64,000 nucleotides of DNA from Candidatus Niyogibacteria bacterium (lineage in GTDB: Bacteria; Patescibacteriota; Minisyncoccia; JACROR01): NCBI GenBank assembly GCA_016186495.1, contig JACPLO010000002.1, positions 6,857 to 70,856 on the forward strand. The letters are read 5' to 3'. Below the pieces are notes generated by a model. The model had not been told where the DNA came from. It saw only the letters and a program-made list of their open reading frames with translations, and ran no database searches. Made by a program: the position numbers and the translations under genes. Positions 9,236-20,044 of the stretch are shown piece by piece. The stretch's first letter is position 1. Each line of letters begins with the position of its first letter.

Positions 9236-9892
9236 ATGGCTGAAGATTTTAAATTTAAAAAATTAAGGCGCGGGTCGCGGTTTCTAACGGGGTTTACCCC
9301 AGTTAAATCTTTCGCTTCGCGAAATTTAACGGGGTTTACCCCGTTAAATAGTTGCGAAGCAAATTTAACGGGGTTTACTCTGCTGGAGATGATTGTGTCT
9401 TTGGGAGTTTTTTCCGCGGCGATTTTGATTATTTTAGGGGCTATTTTGTCCATTAATGACGCTCAAAAGAAAATGATTAATATTCAGGCCGTTGAAGATA
9501 ATTTGCGTTTCGCTTTGGACGCAATGTCCAGAGAGATTCGGACCGGATCTGTCTATAATTGCGAAGGAGGAGGTTCGGCGTCCGATTGTCCGGCCGGATC
9601 GCCAATTTTCGCTTTTGATTCCATCAGCGGGGGAAGGATTATTTATCGTTGGAACAGCGTTAATAAAAGCATTGAAGAATCGGAAGACAATGGCTCAACT
9701 TATTATCCGATAACCGGCAACGATCTGAAAATAGAAAAATTAACTTTTTATGTTTTTGGAACAAGAACGATTGATTTTAAACAGCCGCGAGTGACAATGA
9801 TTATAAAAGCATTTGCCGGAGAAGAAAGAGTTAAAACTCGCTCGGAATTCAATATTCAAACCACGGTTACGCAAAGAGAATTAGATTCATAA
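9236..9892 (+). CDS. Minor pilin, PilW/GspJ-like, with triplicated leader
   Basis: Mature end GFTLLEMIVSLGVFSAAILIIL. The N-terminal extension contains three LTGFT repeats encoded by tandem palindromic repeats. Confidence 0.65.
   Translation: MAEDFKFKKLRRGSRFLTGFTPVKSFASRNLTGFTPLNSCEANLTGFTLLEMIVSLGVFSAAILIILGAILSINDAQKKMINIQAVEDNLRFALDAMSREIRTGSVYNCEGGGSASDCPAGSPIFAFDSISGGRIIYRWNSVNKSIEESEDNGSTYYPITGNDLKIEKLTFYVFGTRTIDFKQPRVTMIIKAFAGEERVKTRSEFNIQTTVTQRELDS
9284..9378. repeat. Tandem palindromic repeat array (taacgggg-ttta-cccc(a)gttaaat x3)
   Basis: Three nested hairpin units of the TAACGGGG family inside the 5' end of the PilW-like ORF. Confidence 0.75.
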
Positions 9893-9897
9893 TTTTT

Positions 9898-10353
9898 ATG
9901 TTAAAAGGAAAAAACAAAGGAATCGCGCTTTTATTTTCAATTTTAATGCTAAGCATGGTTTTTACCGCCAGTTTGGCGATTTTTCAGATTGTTTTTACCG
10001 AGTTGAAACTTTCCGAAGGCGTGCGCGATTCCCAGCTTGCTTATTATGCCGCGGATTCGGCCGTGGAATGCGCGCTTTATGTTGATTTAGAGAGTGAAGA
10101 ATTCGGCCAGTCGGGAAAACCGAAAGTGCAGGATGATTGTTCGGGCGTTGATTCTAATGATATTCAAAAATTTGAAAATAATTGGTCAAACGGCGCTATT
10201 TTTACGGTGAATTACAGTAATGGTTCTTGCGCCGATGTGACGGTGGATAAAACCGGCGTGGGAGGATACGGAACATTCATCACCGTTTTAGGATTTAATA
10301 CCTGTGGAAACGCGGCAAGAAAAGTCAACCGCAGTTTGGAAGTGAAATACTAA
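9898..10353 (+). CDS. Minor pilin, PilX N-terminal-domain-like
   Basis: N-terminus KGIALLFSILMLSMVFTASLAIF with a conserved Cys pair. Position follows pilV/W as in fimU-pilVWX operons. Confidence 0.55.
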   Translation: MLKGKNKGIALLFSILMLSMVFTASLAIFQIVFTELKLSEGVRDSQLAYYAADSAVECALYVDLESEEFGQSGKPKVQDDCSGVDSNDIQKFENNWSNGAIFTVNYSNGSCADVTVDKTGVGGYGTFITVLGFNTCGNAARKVNRSLEVKY

Positions 10354-10359
10354 TTTTAA

Positions 10360-12444
<2,085 letters not shown>

Positions 12445-12656
12445 ACGCTTATTGTAAAATTTATTTTCTTATGACAGTGCTCCAAGCCTTGAAAATTATA
12501 GTCGTTTTGTTTCGGAAAAATTACGCGGTACCCCGTTCCTCCTTCGCTTCGCTCAGGATTTTCCGACCGCTATTTTTCCTCGTAAAACTTCTTAATTTTC
12601 AAAGTCTTTCCGCAAGTCAACAAAAACGAATTTTACAATAAGTGTTATATTGTAAT

Positions 12657-12944
12657 ATGGACATCAAAAAATTATCCCAATTGGCGCGGATAAAATTAAA
12701 TAAAAAAGAACAGGAATCTTTCGGTAAAGATTTAGAATCTGTTTTGGGTTACATCGGAAAATTAAAAGAAGCAAAAATAGAAAATGTTCCAGAATTAACT
12801 CATATTTTAGCCGCGAAAAACGTTTTTCGCCTTGACGAGGCGCCGGTTGAGTCGTTCGGAAATTCCGCGGAATTGCTGGAAGCAGCGCCGGAAAAAAAGA
12901 AAGGGTTTGTGAAAGTTAAGAAAGTTTTTAATGGCCAAGATTAA
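12657..12944 (+). CDS. gatC: Asp/Glu-tRNA amidotransferase subunit C
   Basis: MDIKKLSQLARIKLNKKEQE..., ~95 aa, immediately upstream of gatA. The track ORF begins at GTG 12642. Confidence 0.8.
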   Translation: MDIKKLSQLARIKLNKKEQESFGKDLESVLGYIGKLKEAKIENVPELTHILAAKNVFRLDEAPVESFGNSAELLEAAPEKKKGFVKVKKVFNGQD

Positions 12945-14370
12945 TCTATCGGAATTATCAATCGCGAAAGTCCGGGAGCTTTCAATCTTCGGCGGTTTTT
13001 CCGCGCGCGAGCTGGTGGAAATTTATCATCGTCAAATTGAAGAAAAAGACAAAGATATTCACGCTTATTTGGAAATTTTCCAAGACGCTTACCAGCAAGC
13101 CGAAGAATTGGATAAGCGCGTTAAACAAGGAGAATCGCCGGCAGAACTTTTTGGCGTTCCGTTCGCCGTTAAAGACAATATCTTAATCAAAGATAAAAAA
13201 GTTAGCGCCGCTTCTAAAATTTTGGAATCTTATCACGCCTCTTACGATGCTTCGGTGATTAAAAAACTTCGCGCGGCTGGCGCGGTATTTTTAGGCAGGA
13301 CTAACATGGATGAATTTGCGATGGGATCTTCCTGTGAAAATTCCGCTTTTGGCCAGACCAAAAATCCTTATGATTTGGAGCGGGTGCCCGGCGGTTCTTC
13401 CGGTGGTTCGGCCGCGGCCGTCGCCAGCCAGATGTGTTTAGCGGCGTTGGGGTCTGACACAGGCGGTTCAGTGCGCGAGCCCGCGGCTTTTTGCGGAATT
13501 GTCGGATTAAAACCCACTTACGGCGCAGTTTCGCGCTTCGGTCTGATTGCGATGGCTTCTTCTCTTGATCAGATCGGCCCTTTGGCTAAAAATATCGGCG
13601 ACGCCGAGGCAATTTTTAATGTCATTAAAGGCCGGGATCCGAAAGATTCCACTTCCGCGGATTACAAAATAAAAAAATGCGGAGCTAAACCGCGGGTGGG
13701 CGTGCCTAAGGAATTTTTTTCTCTTAAAGAAAAAGGGAAAAAAGGCCTTGATCAGGATGTTTCCGCGGCGATAAACCGGGCAATAGAAATATTGCGTTCT
13801 TTAGATTGCGAAATAAAAGAAGTTTCTTTGCCTTCCAGTGAATACGCTCTGGCTTGTTATTACATCGTGATGCCGGCTGAAGTATCTTCTAATTTGGCGC
13901 GTTATGACGGCGTTCGTTTTGGCCAGCGCGCTCAAGGTAAAATTTTAGAGGAAATTTATGCCAAAACAAGAGGGGAATTGCTCGGCCAAGAAGCGCGCCG
14001 CCGCGTTATTCTGGGGACTTACGCGCTTTCCGCCGGTTATTACGAGGCTTATTATGGCCGCGCGCAGAAAGCGCGCTGGCTGATAAAAAAAGATTTTGAA
14101 AAAGTTTTCCAGGATGTTGACATCTTGCTTTCCCCGACCACGGCAGCGCCGGCTTTTAAACTTGGAGAAAAATCGCTTGATCCCTTATCAATGTATCTTT
14201 CGGATATTTTTACGGTTCCCGCCAATTTAGCGGGAGTGCCGGCTTTGTCTCTTCCTTTCAGCCAGACCGGCGATGAAAAAAGATTGCCGATCGGCATTCA
14301 ATTAACGGCGCCCTGGTTTTACGAAGGGACTTTATTTGAAACCGGAAAACTTTTAGAAAAAAATAATTAA
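12931..14370 (+). CDS. gatA: Glutamyl-tRNA(Gln) amidotransferase subunit A
   Basis: Amidase signature GGSSGGSAAAVA and a Ser-cisSer-Lys triad context. 479 aa. Confidence 0.9.
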   Translation: MAKINLSELSIAKVRELSIFGGFSARELVEIYHRQIEEKDKDIHAYLEIFQDAYQQAEELDKRVKQGESPAELFGVPFAVKDNILIKDKKVSAASKILESYHASYDASVIKKLRAAGAVFLGRTNMDEFAMGSSCENSAFGQTKNPYDLERVPGGSSGGSAAAVASQMCLAALGSDTGGSVREPAAFCGIVGLKPTYGAVSRFGLIAMASSLDQIGPLAKNIGDAEAIFNVIKGRDPKDSTSADYKIKKCGAKPRVGVPKEFFSLKEKGKKGLDQDVSAAINRAIEILRSLDCEIKEVSLPSSEYALACYYIVMPAEVSSNLARYDGVRFGQRAQGKILEEIYAKTRGELLGQEARRRVILGTYALSAGYYEAYYGRAQKARWLIKKDFEKVFQDVDILLSPTTAAPAFKLGEKSLDPLSMYLSDIFTVPANLAGVPALSLPFSQTGDEKRLPIGIQLTAPWFYEGTLFETGKLLEKNN

Positions 14371-14426
14371 GAAAAGAAATTTAGGAGTATTTTCGCAATT
14401 GATAGTAATTGATAACATATTAAATT

Positions 14427-14945
14427 ATGGATTTAATTGAAATTTTAAGAAATTTTTTTCCATTTTCTTCAGAATCTTTTATCGCAGGATTCAAGATTTT
14501 TTCTTTTGCCGCTTCCTTTATTTTTATTGCCGTAATTTTTTACAGTTTAACGAAGATTTATAAGATTTTTTCCAAAAAACATTTGGCTGATTTTTTGGAT
14601 GTCTGGAGCGAATATCCGGCGGAGGCGAGAAATTCCCGCTGGCAGGAAGTAAAGAAAAGATTGAAATCGGAAAATGCCTCGGATTGGAAATTTGCTGTTC
14701 TGGAAGCAGACAGTATTTTAGACGACGTGATGAAGAGAATCGGCTATCCCGGAGCTAATTTGGGCGAACGATTGATTGGCGTTGAGCCGAGCGATTTTGA
14801 TTCTTTGAGCGAAGTTTGGGAGGCGCATAAAGTAAGGAATCGCCTTGCTCATGAAGCCGCTGATTTTAAATTTTCCAAAGAAAGAGCCGAAGAAGTTATC
14901 GCGCTTTACGAAAAAGGCCTCAAAGAACTGGAATATATTTCTTGA
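14427..14945 (+). CDS. Hypothetical membrane-anchored protein
   Basis: N-terminal TM. No family recognised. Confidence 0.45.
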   Translation: MDLIEILRNFFPFSSESFIAGFKIFSFAASFIFIAVIFYSLTKIYKIFSKKHLADFLDVWSEYPAEARNSRWQEVKKRLKSENASDWKFAVLEADSILDDVMKRIGYPGANLGERLIGVEPSDFDSLSEVWEAHKVRNRLAHEAADFKFSKERAEEVIALYEKGLKELEYIS

Positions 14946-14958
14946 ATAAAAAATAAAA

Positions 14959-16233
14959 ATGGAAAATTTTTTCAAGCGGATTCAAAATGAATTTAAGGAA
15001 GCAGCGGCAAAAAATAATTTTGCCGCTGATTTAATCGCAAAACTGCTTACTTGCGACCGGAATCTCTCTTTTGATATTTCATTTCAAAAGAAAGATGGAA
15101 GCGCGGGGACCGTAAAAGGATACCGGGTGCAGCATAATAATATCCTCGGCCCTTATAAAGGAGGATTGCGCTATCATTCTGATGTTTCAATGGATGAAAT
15201 GAAAGCACTCTCTTTTTTGATGACGTTTAAAAATGCCGTGATTGGCGTGCCATTCGGCGGCGGAAAGGGCGGGGTAGCGATTGACCCGAAAACATTAAAC
15301 GAACAGGAGTTAGAAAATTTAACCAGAGCGTTCACTCGGCAGCTCGCTCCCTATATCGGTCCGGAAAAAGATGTGCCAGCTCCGGATATGAATACCAATT
15401 CAAAAATTATGGCGTGGATTTTTGATGAATACGCTAAAATAACCGGCCAATCGGCGCCGGCGGTGGTTACCGGCAAGCCGATTGAATTGGGCGGTTCCGA
15501 AGGGCGCCTTGAAGCAACGGGTTACGGCGGAGTTTACGCTCTTTTGGCGATTTTAAAATTATTAAAAAAAAAGCCGGAAGATTTCACGGTGGCGGTGCAA
15601 GGTTTCGGCAATGTCGGGCAATACGCGGCGGAGTCGTTGCGGCAAAACGGTTTTAAAGTTGTCGCGATTTCCGACTCAAAAGGCGGAATTTATATTCCCG
15701 AAGGCATTTTAGACATTAAAGCATTGGTAAAATGTAAGGCCGAAAAAGGATTTCTTGCCGGATGTTATTGTTTAGGTTCTGTTTGCGATATCCGTAATAA
15801 GCGGATAATGAAAGGGCAGGAGATAGCGCCTGAAGCGGTTTTAACGCTTCCGGTTGATATTATCGTTCCGGCTGCTCTTGAAAATGTGATTGATGAAAGC
15901 AATGCTCGCGATATTCACGCCGGCATTATTCTTGAAATGGCAAACGGCCCGCTGACGGACAAAGCGGATAAGATTCTCGCCGGAAAAAACATTATGATTA
16001 TTCCGGATATTCTTGCCAATGCCGGCGGAGTGGCGGTCAGTTATTTTGAGTGGTATCAAAATATGCGCGGCGAGCGATGGACAAAAGAAAAAGTTTTTTC
16101 AAAACTCAAGAAAAAAATGGAACAGTCCGCGAAAGCCGTTTATCAAATCCATCGTCAGAAAAAAGTCACCTTGCGCGAAGCGGCATATTTGCTGGCGCTG
16201 GAAAAAATCCAGGCTAAATGGCTGAAAAAATAA
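14959..16233 (+). CDS. gdhA: Glutamate dehydrogenase (Glu/Leu/Phe/Val DH family)
   Basis: KGGLRYH...VPFGGGKGG catalytic motif and a GFGNVG Rossmann motif. Confidence 0.9.
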   Translation: MENFFKRIQNEFKEAAAKNNFAADLIAKLLTCDRNLSFDISFQKKDGSAGTVKGYRVQHNNILGPYKGGLRYHSDVSMDEMKALSFLMTFKNAVIGVPFGGGKGGVAIDPKTLNEQELENLTRAFTRQLAPYIGPEKDVPAPDMNTNSKIMAWIFDEYAKITGQSAPAVVTGKPIELGGSEGRLEATGYGGVYALLAILKLLKKKPEDFTVAVQGFGNVGQYAAESLRQNGFKVVAISDSKGGIYIPEGILDIKALVKCKAEKGFLAGCYCLGSVCDIRNKRIMKGQEIAPEAVLTLPVDIIVPAALENVIDESNARDIHAGIILEMANGPLTDKADKILAGKNIMIIPDILANAGGVAVSYFEWYQNMRGERWTKEKVFSKLKKKMEQSAKAVYQIHRQKKVTLREAAYLLALEKIQAKWLKK

Positions 16234-16251
16234 TTATATTAGATTAGAAGG

Positions 16252-16326
16252 CGGACCCGACCGGATTTGAACCGGCGATCTTCCCCGTGACAGGGGGACG
16301 TGTTAACCGGGCTACACCACGGGTCC
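16252..16326 (-). tRNA. tRNA-Asp (GTC)
   Basis: Hand-folded cloverleaf: acceptor GGACCCG/CGGGTCC, anticodon loop CTGTCAC, T-loop TTCAAAT, 75 nt. Confidence 0.85.
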
Positions 16327-16362
16327 TTTAATGATATAAATTATACATAAAATCATTAAAAA

Positions 16363-16389
16363 TTGAAATAAGCATCAAGTGATGTATAA
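16363..16389 (+). promoter_or_regulatory. Candidate sigma70-like promoter for tRNA-Met (ttgaaa...tgtataat)
   Basis: TGTATAAT sits 8 nt upstream of the tRNA 5' end. The -35-like ttgaaa lies 15 bp upstream. Confidence 0.3.
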
Positions 16390-16397
16390 TGAATTTT

Positions 16398-16468
16398 AGC
16401 GGGGTAGACCAGTAGTAGGTCGCAAGGCTCATAACCTTGAAGCGCAGGTGCAATTCCTGCCCCCGCAA
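16398..16468 (+). tRNA. tRNA-Met (CAT), elongator-type
   Basis: Anticodon stem CAAGG/CCTTG, loop CTCATAA, D-stem GACC/GGTC, T-stem GCAGG/CCTGC. It has an A1·A72 mismatch and an atypical T-loop TGCAATT. Confidence 0.55.
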
Positions 16469-16469
16469 C

Positions 16470-17435
16470 ATGAAGATATTTATTACGAGGAAAATTCCCG
16501 AAGCGGGAATTAAAAAGCTCGCGGAAAAACACGAGATTAAAATCAGTCCGCATGATCGCGTTTTATCAAAAGAAGAATTGATTGCCGCGCTGAAAAATCA
16601 GGGATACGGCGCGGTGCTTTGCCTTTTAACCGATAAAATTGATGACGATGTTTTAGAAGCGGCCGGCAAGCAATGCCGGATTTTCGCCAATTTTGCCGTG
16701 GGTTTTGATAATATTGATCTGGTTGCGGCCAAAAAACGGGGCATAATAATTACCAATACGCCGGGAGTTTTAACGGACACCGTGGCAGAGCATACTTTTA
16801 CTTTGATGCTGGCGATTTCCCATCGGATTGCCGAAGCGGATAAATTCACCAAAACCGGAAAATACGAGGGCTGGGCGCCGATGCTTTTATTGGGAAATGA
16901 TTTATCAAGAAAAACTGTCGGCATTGTGGGTTTGGGGCGGATTGGCTCGCGCGTGGCCCATCACGCGGCTAAAGGATTTGACGCGCGCGTGATTTATCAC
17001 GACCTTCAGCGCAATAAAGAATTTGAGAAAGAATTTAACGCGGAATACAGGGAAAAATTGGAAGATTTATTGAAAGAGGCGGATTATGTTTCTCTGCATG
17101 TGCCGCTTTTGCCGGCCACGCGGCATTTGCTGAACGCCGAGCGGCTGAAATTAATGAAGCCGACCGCATATCTTATAAATACTTCGCGCGGGCCGGTGAT
17201 AGACGAAAAAGCGTTAGTGGAAGCGCTGCACGCCAAAATTATCAAAGGCGCGGCTTTGGATGTTTTTGAAAACGAACCGGCGTTAGCCGAAGGATTGGCA
17301 AAACTTGATAACGCAATTTTGACGCCGCATATCGCTTCCGCCACCGAAGAAACGCGCGGCAAAATGGCGGAATTGGCGGTAGATAACATTATTGCTGCTT
17401 TAGAAGGGCGGACACCTCCTAATTTAGTGGGGTAA
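16470..17435 (+). CDS. D-isomer-specific 2-hydroxyacid dehydrogenase (glycerate DH / hydroxypyruvate reductase family)
   Basis: GLGRIGSRVA NAD-binding motif with catalytic R/E/H context. The track ORF starts at TTG 16437 inside the tRNA, so the real start is probably ATG 16470. Confidence 0.82.
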   Translation: MKIFITRKIPEAGIKKLAEKHEIKISPHDRVLSKEELIAALKNQGYGAVLCLLTDKIDDDVLEAAGKQCRIFANFAVGFDNIDLVAAKKRGIIITNTPGVLTDTVAEHTFTLMLAISHRIAEADKFTKTGKYEGWAPMLLLGNDLSRKTVGIVGLGRIGSRVAHHAAKGFDARVIYHDLQRNKEFEKEFNAEYREKLEDLLKEADYVSLHVPLLPATRHLLNAERLKLMKPTAYLINTSRGPVIDEKALVEALHAKIIKGAALDVFENEPALAEGLAKLDNAILTPHIASATEETRGKMAELAVDNIIAALEGRTPPNLVG

Positions 17436-17491
17436 ACCCCGTTAGAAATCGCGAACGCAATGTTCGCGTTCTATTTCTAACGGGGTAAAAC
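17429..17491. repeat. Long palindromic repeat: ggggtaaaccccgttagaaat-cgcgaacgcaatgttcgcg-atttctaacggggtaaaac
   Basis: Near-perfect 60-bp hairpin built from the family 9-mer. The stop codon of the upstream gene lies inside it. Confidence 0.8.
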
Positions 17492-17501
17492 AAACAATAT
17501 T

Positions 17502-18476
17502 ATGCGCGGGGCGATTATAAATTTTCCCAAACAATTTGATTATAAACCGGCGACTAAGAATAAAAGCGTTTTGAAAAAGGCGAAACATTTTGTGGTTGTC
17601 GGAATGGGCGGTTCGGGTTTGGTCGGAGATTTATTGCGTGGTTGCAATCCTCGCCTTGATCTTATTATCCATAAAAATTACGGTTTGCCTGTTTTAGCGG
17701 ACGGCGTTTTGGAAAAAAGTTTGATTGTTTTAAGTTCTTATTCGGGAAATACCGAAGAGGTTCTTGATTCCTATCAAGCGGCTAAGAAAAAAAGATTGGC
17801 GATGGCGGCGATTTCTATTGGCGGAAAATTATTGGAACAGGCTAAAGCTGACGGCATTCCTTACATTCAATTTCCGGATCTGGGAATTGAACCGCGTTTC
17901 GCTTTAGGTTTCAGTTTTCGGGCTTTGGCGGAAATAATCGGCGAAAAAAACGCGTTTGAAGAATCGGGCCGGCTGGCTGAGTTGTTAAAGCCGGAAGATT
18001 TTGAAGAAAAAGGAAAAGAACTGGCCGAGAAATTAAAAGGATTTGTGCCGCTGGTTTATTCATCGGAAAAAAATCGGGCCGCGGCTTACAATTGGAAAAT
18101 AAGATTTAATGAAACCGGCCATGTTCCCGCTTTTTGCAATGTTTTTCCGGAGTTGAATCATAATGAGATGGCGGGATTTGATTTTCAAGAATCAACGCAA
18201 GAATCAATAAAAGAACTTTCGCGGAATTTTTATTTTATTTTTTTAAAAGATTCCGGCGACCATCCGCGGATTATTAAAAGAATGGAAGTAATGGAAGCGA
18301 TTTTGCGCGATAAAAAAATGCCGGTTGAAAATGTCAGTCTTGAAGGAGAAAATTTTCTTCATAAGGTTTTTTCTTCAGTCGCGCTCGCGGATTGGACGTC
18401 TTTTTATCTTGTTCAAACATCCGGCTTTAAAGCCGAAAGCGAGTTTATTGTGGAAAAATTCAAAAAATTGATATAA
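17502..18476 (+). CDS. Bifunctional phosphoglucose/phosphomannose isomerase (archaeal-type SIS)
   Basis: VVVGMGGSGLVGDLL SIS motif, ~320 aa. Confidence 0.72.
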   Translation: MRGAIINFPKQFDYKPATKNKSVLKKAKHFVVVGMGGSGLVGDLLRGCNPRLDLIIHKNYGLPVLADGVLEKSLIVLSSYSGNTEEVLDSYQAAKKKRLAMAAISIGGKLLEQAKADGIPYIQFPDLGIEPRFALGFSFRALAEIIGEKNAFEESGRLAELLKPEDFEEKGKELAEKLKGFVPLVYSSEKNRAAAYNWKIRFNETGHVPAFCNVFPELNHNEMAGFDFQESTQESIKELSRNFYFIFLKDSGDHPRIIKRMEVMEAILRDKKMPVENVSLEGENFLHKVFSSVALADWTSFYLVQTSGFKAESEFIVEKFKKLI

Positions 18477-18483
18477 TATACTA

Positions 18484-18540
18484 GACTTCCCCTTAATCGT
18501 TTCCAAAAACAATTTGTCCGTATTTCGTAATTTAAAGTAT
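18484..18540 (+). promoter_or_regulatory. Conserved upstream motif (gacttcccc-ttaatcgtttccaaaaacaattt...)
   Basis: About 60-bp block that is >80% identical to 54812-54874 upstream of mreB. It ends in tataat 9 bp before the gap ATG. Confidence 0.45.
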
Positions 18541-18549
18541 AATAAATAA

Positions 18550-19572
18550 ATGGTTTCTCACGGATTAAAAATAGCGATTAACGGTTTTGGCCGGATCGGC
18601 CGGATATTTTTCCGGCAGGCTATCGGCGTGCCGGATATTGAAATATTGGCGATCAATGATTTGGGCAGTTTGGAAAACATCGCTTATCTTTTAAAATACG
18701 ATTCTGTTTACGGCCGTTTTGAAAAAGAGATTAAAATCAAGAATGGAATTTTAATCGTGGATGGCCGGAAGATTAAATTTTTCAGCGAAAAAGATCCCGG
18801 CCGGCTTCCTTGGAAAGAATTGGGAATAGACGTGGTGGTGGAATCAACCGGCGTTTTTGATTCCTATGAAAAAGCCGAGCCGCATCTGAAAGCCGGAGCA
18901 AAGAGAGTGGTGATTACGGCGCCAGCCAAAGACAGCGGCCTGACCAAAACCGCCACGCCTAATGTGGGAGTTGATTTTCTAAAAACCGGCTTAATCACTT
19001 CCAACGCTTCTTGCACGACTAACGCTGTGACGCCGGTAGCGGCGGTGATGATGCAAAATCCCGGCGTTAAAAAAGCGATTTTAAACACGGCGCACGGTTA
19101 TACCGCGACTCAAGGAATAGTGGATGGTCCGGCCGGAAAAGATTTTCGCCGCGGCCGCGCCGCGGGGGCGAACATTATTCCTTCATCTACGGGCGCGGGG
19201 GAAGCCGCGGTTAAAGCCATTCCCGCTTTGAAAGGAAAATTTGACGGCGTGGCGATTCGGGTGCCGGTGATTTCCGGTTCTCTGGCTGATTTTACTTTTT
19301 TGGCGGAGAGAAAAACCTCGGCCAAAGAAATTAATGATATTTTTCGCGCCGCCGCCGCGGAGCCGGCTTGGCAAGGAATTTTAACCGTCACCGAAGAGCC
19401 GCTCGTTTCCTCGGATATTTTAAGGCAGCCGTTCGGCGCGATCGTTGATTTGGCGATGACCCGGGTGGTGGACGGCGATTTGGTGAAAGTTTTTTCCTGG
19501 TATGACAATGAGTGGGGATACGGGGCGATGCTTTTAAAACACGTTGAGGCTTTAAAAACTCTTCTGTTATAA
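18550..19572 (+). CDS. gap: Glyceraldehyde-3-phosphate dehydrogenase
   Basis: INGFGRIGR and SNASCTTN active site. Confidence 0.92.
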   Translation: MVSHGLKIAINGFGRIGRIFFRQAIGVPDIEILAINDLGSLENIAYLLKYDSVYGRFEKEIKIKNGILIVDGRKIKFFSEKDPGRLPWKELGIDVVVESTGVFDSYEKAEPHLKAGAKRVVITAPAKDSGLTKTATPNVGVDFLKTGLITSNASCTTNAVTPVAAVMMQNPGVKKAILNTAHGYTATQGIVDGPAGKDFRRGRAAGANIIPSSTGAGEAAVKAIPALKGKFDGVAIRVPVISGSLADFTFLAERKTSAKEINDIFRAAAAEPAWQGILTVTEEPLVSSDILRQPFGAIVDLAMTRVVDGDLVKVFSWYDNEWGYGAMLLKHVEALKTLLL

Positions 19573-19591
19573 AATTCATTTTAATTATTTT

Positions 19592-20044
19592 ATGTTTGTC
19601 CATCTTGCCGCGGATCATGCCGGATTTGATTTAAAAGAAAAACTTAAAATTTATCTGAAAGAATTGGATTATGAAGTTAAAGATCACGGCGCTTTTGAAT
19701 ACAATGAAAAAGACGATTATCCGGATTTTATCCGTTCCGCGGCCAAAGCGGTGGCGGAAAATCCGGAAATTGACCGTGCCGTTGTTTTAGGCGGATCCGG
19801 CCAGGGCGAAGCCATGCTCGCCAATCGTTTTCAAGGCGTTCGCGCCGCGGTTTTTTACGGCAAACCTTATTCTATAATTAAACTTTCCCGCGAACACAAC
19901 AATGCCAATGTTTTGTCTTTAGGCGCGCGTTTTTTGAGCGAAGAAGAAGCCAAAGAAGCGGCCAAGCTTTGGCTGAAAACGCCGTTTTCGGAAGATGTCC
20001 GCCATCAGAGAAGAATTAAAAAAATTGATGTTAAAAATGGCTGA
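19592..20044 (+). CDS. rpiB: Ribose-5-phosphate isomerase B
   Basis: RpiB/LacAB fold motifs (HLAADHAGFDLK...), 150 aa. Confidence 0.85.
   Translation: MFVHLAADHAGFDLKEKLKIYLKELDYEVKDHGAFEYNEKDDYPDFIRSAAKAVAENPEIDRAVVLGGSGQGEAMLANRFQGVRAAVFYGKPYSIIKLSREHNNANVLSLGARFLSEEEAKEAAKLWLKTPFSEDVRHQRRIKKIDVKNG

Noticed and set aside
9492-9713. 73-aa + ORF and other 60-130-aa ORFs nested in or antisense to annotated genes (e.g. 341-637, 1893-2081, 4262-4552, 8925-9122, 16013-16225, 19110-19508, 21220-21522)
   Set aside because: All are embedded in, or opposite to, strongly supported genes. Their compositions are typical of frame-shifted or antisense noise.
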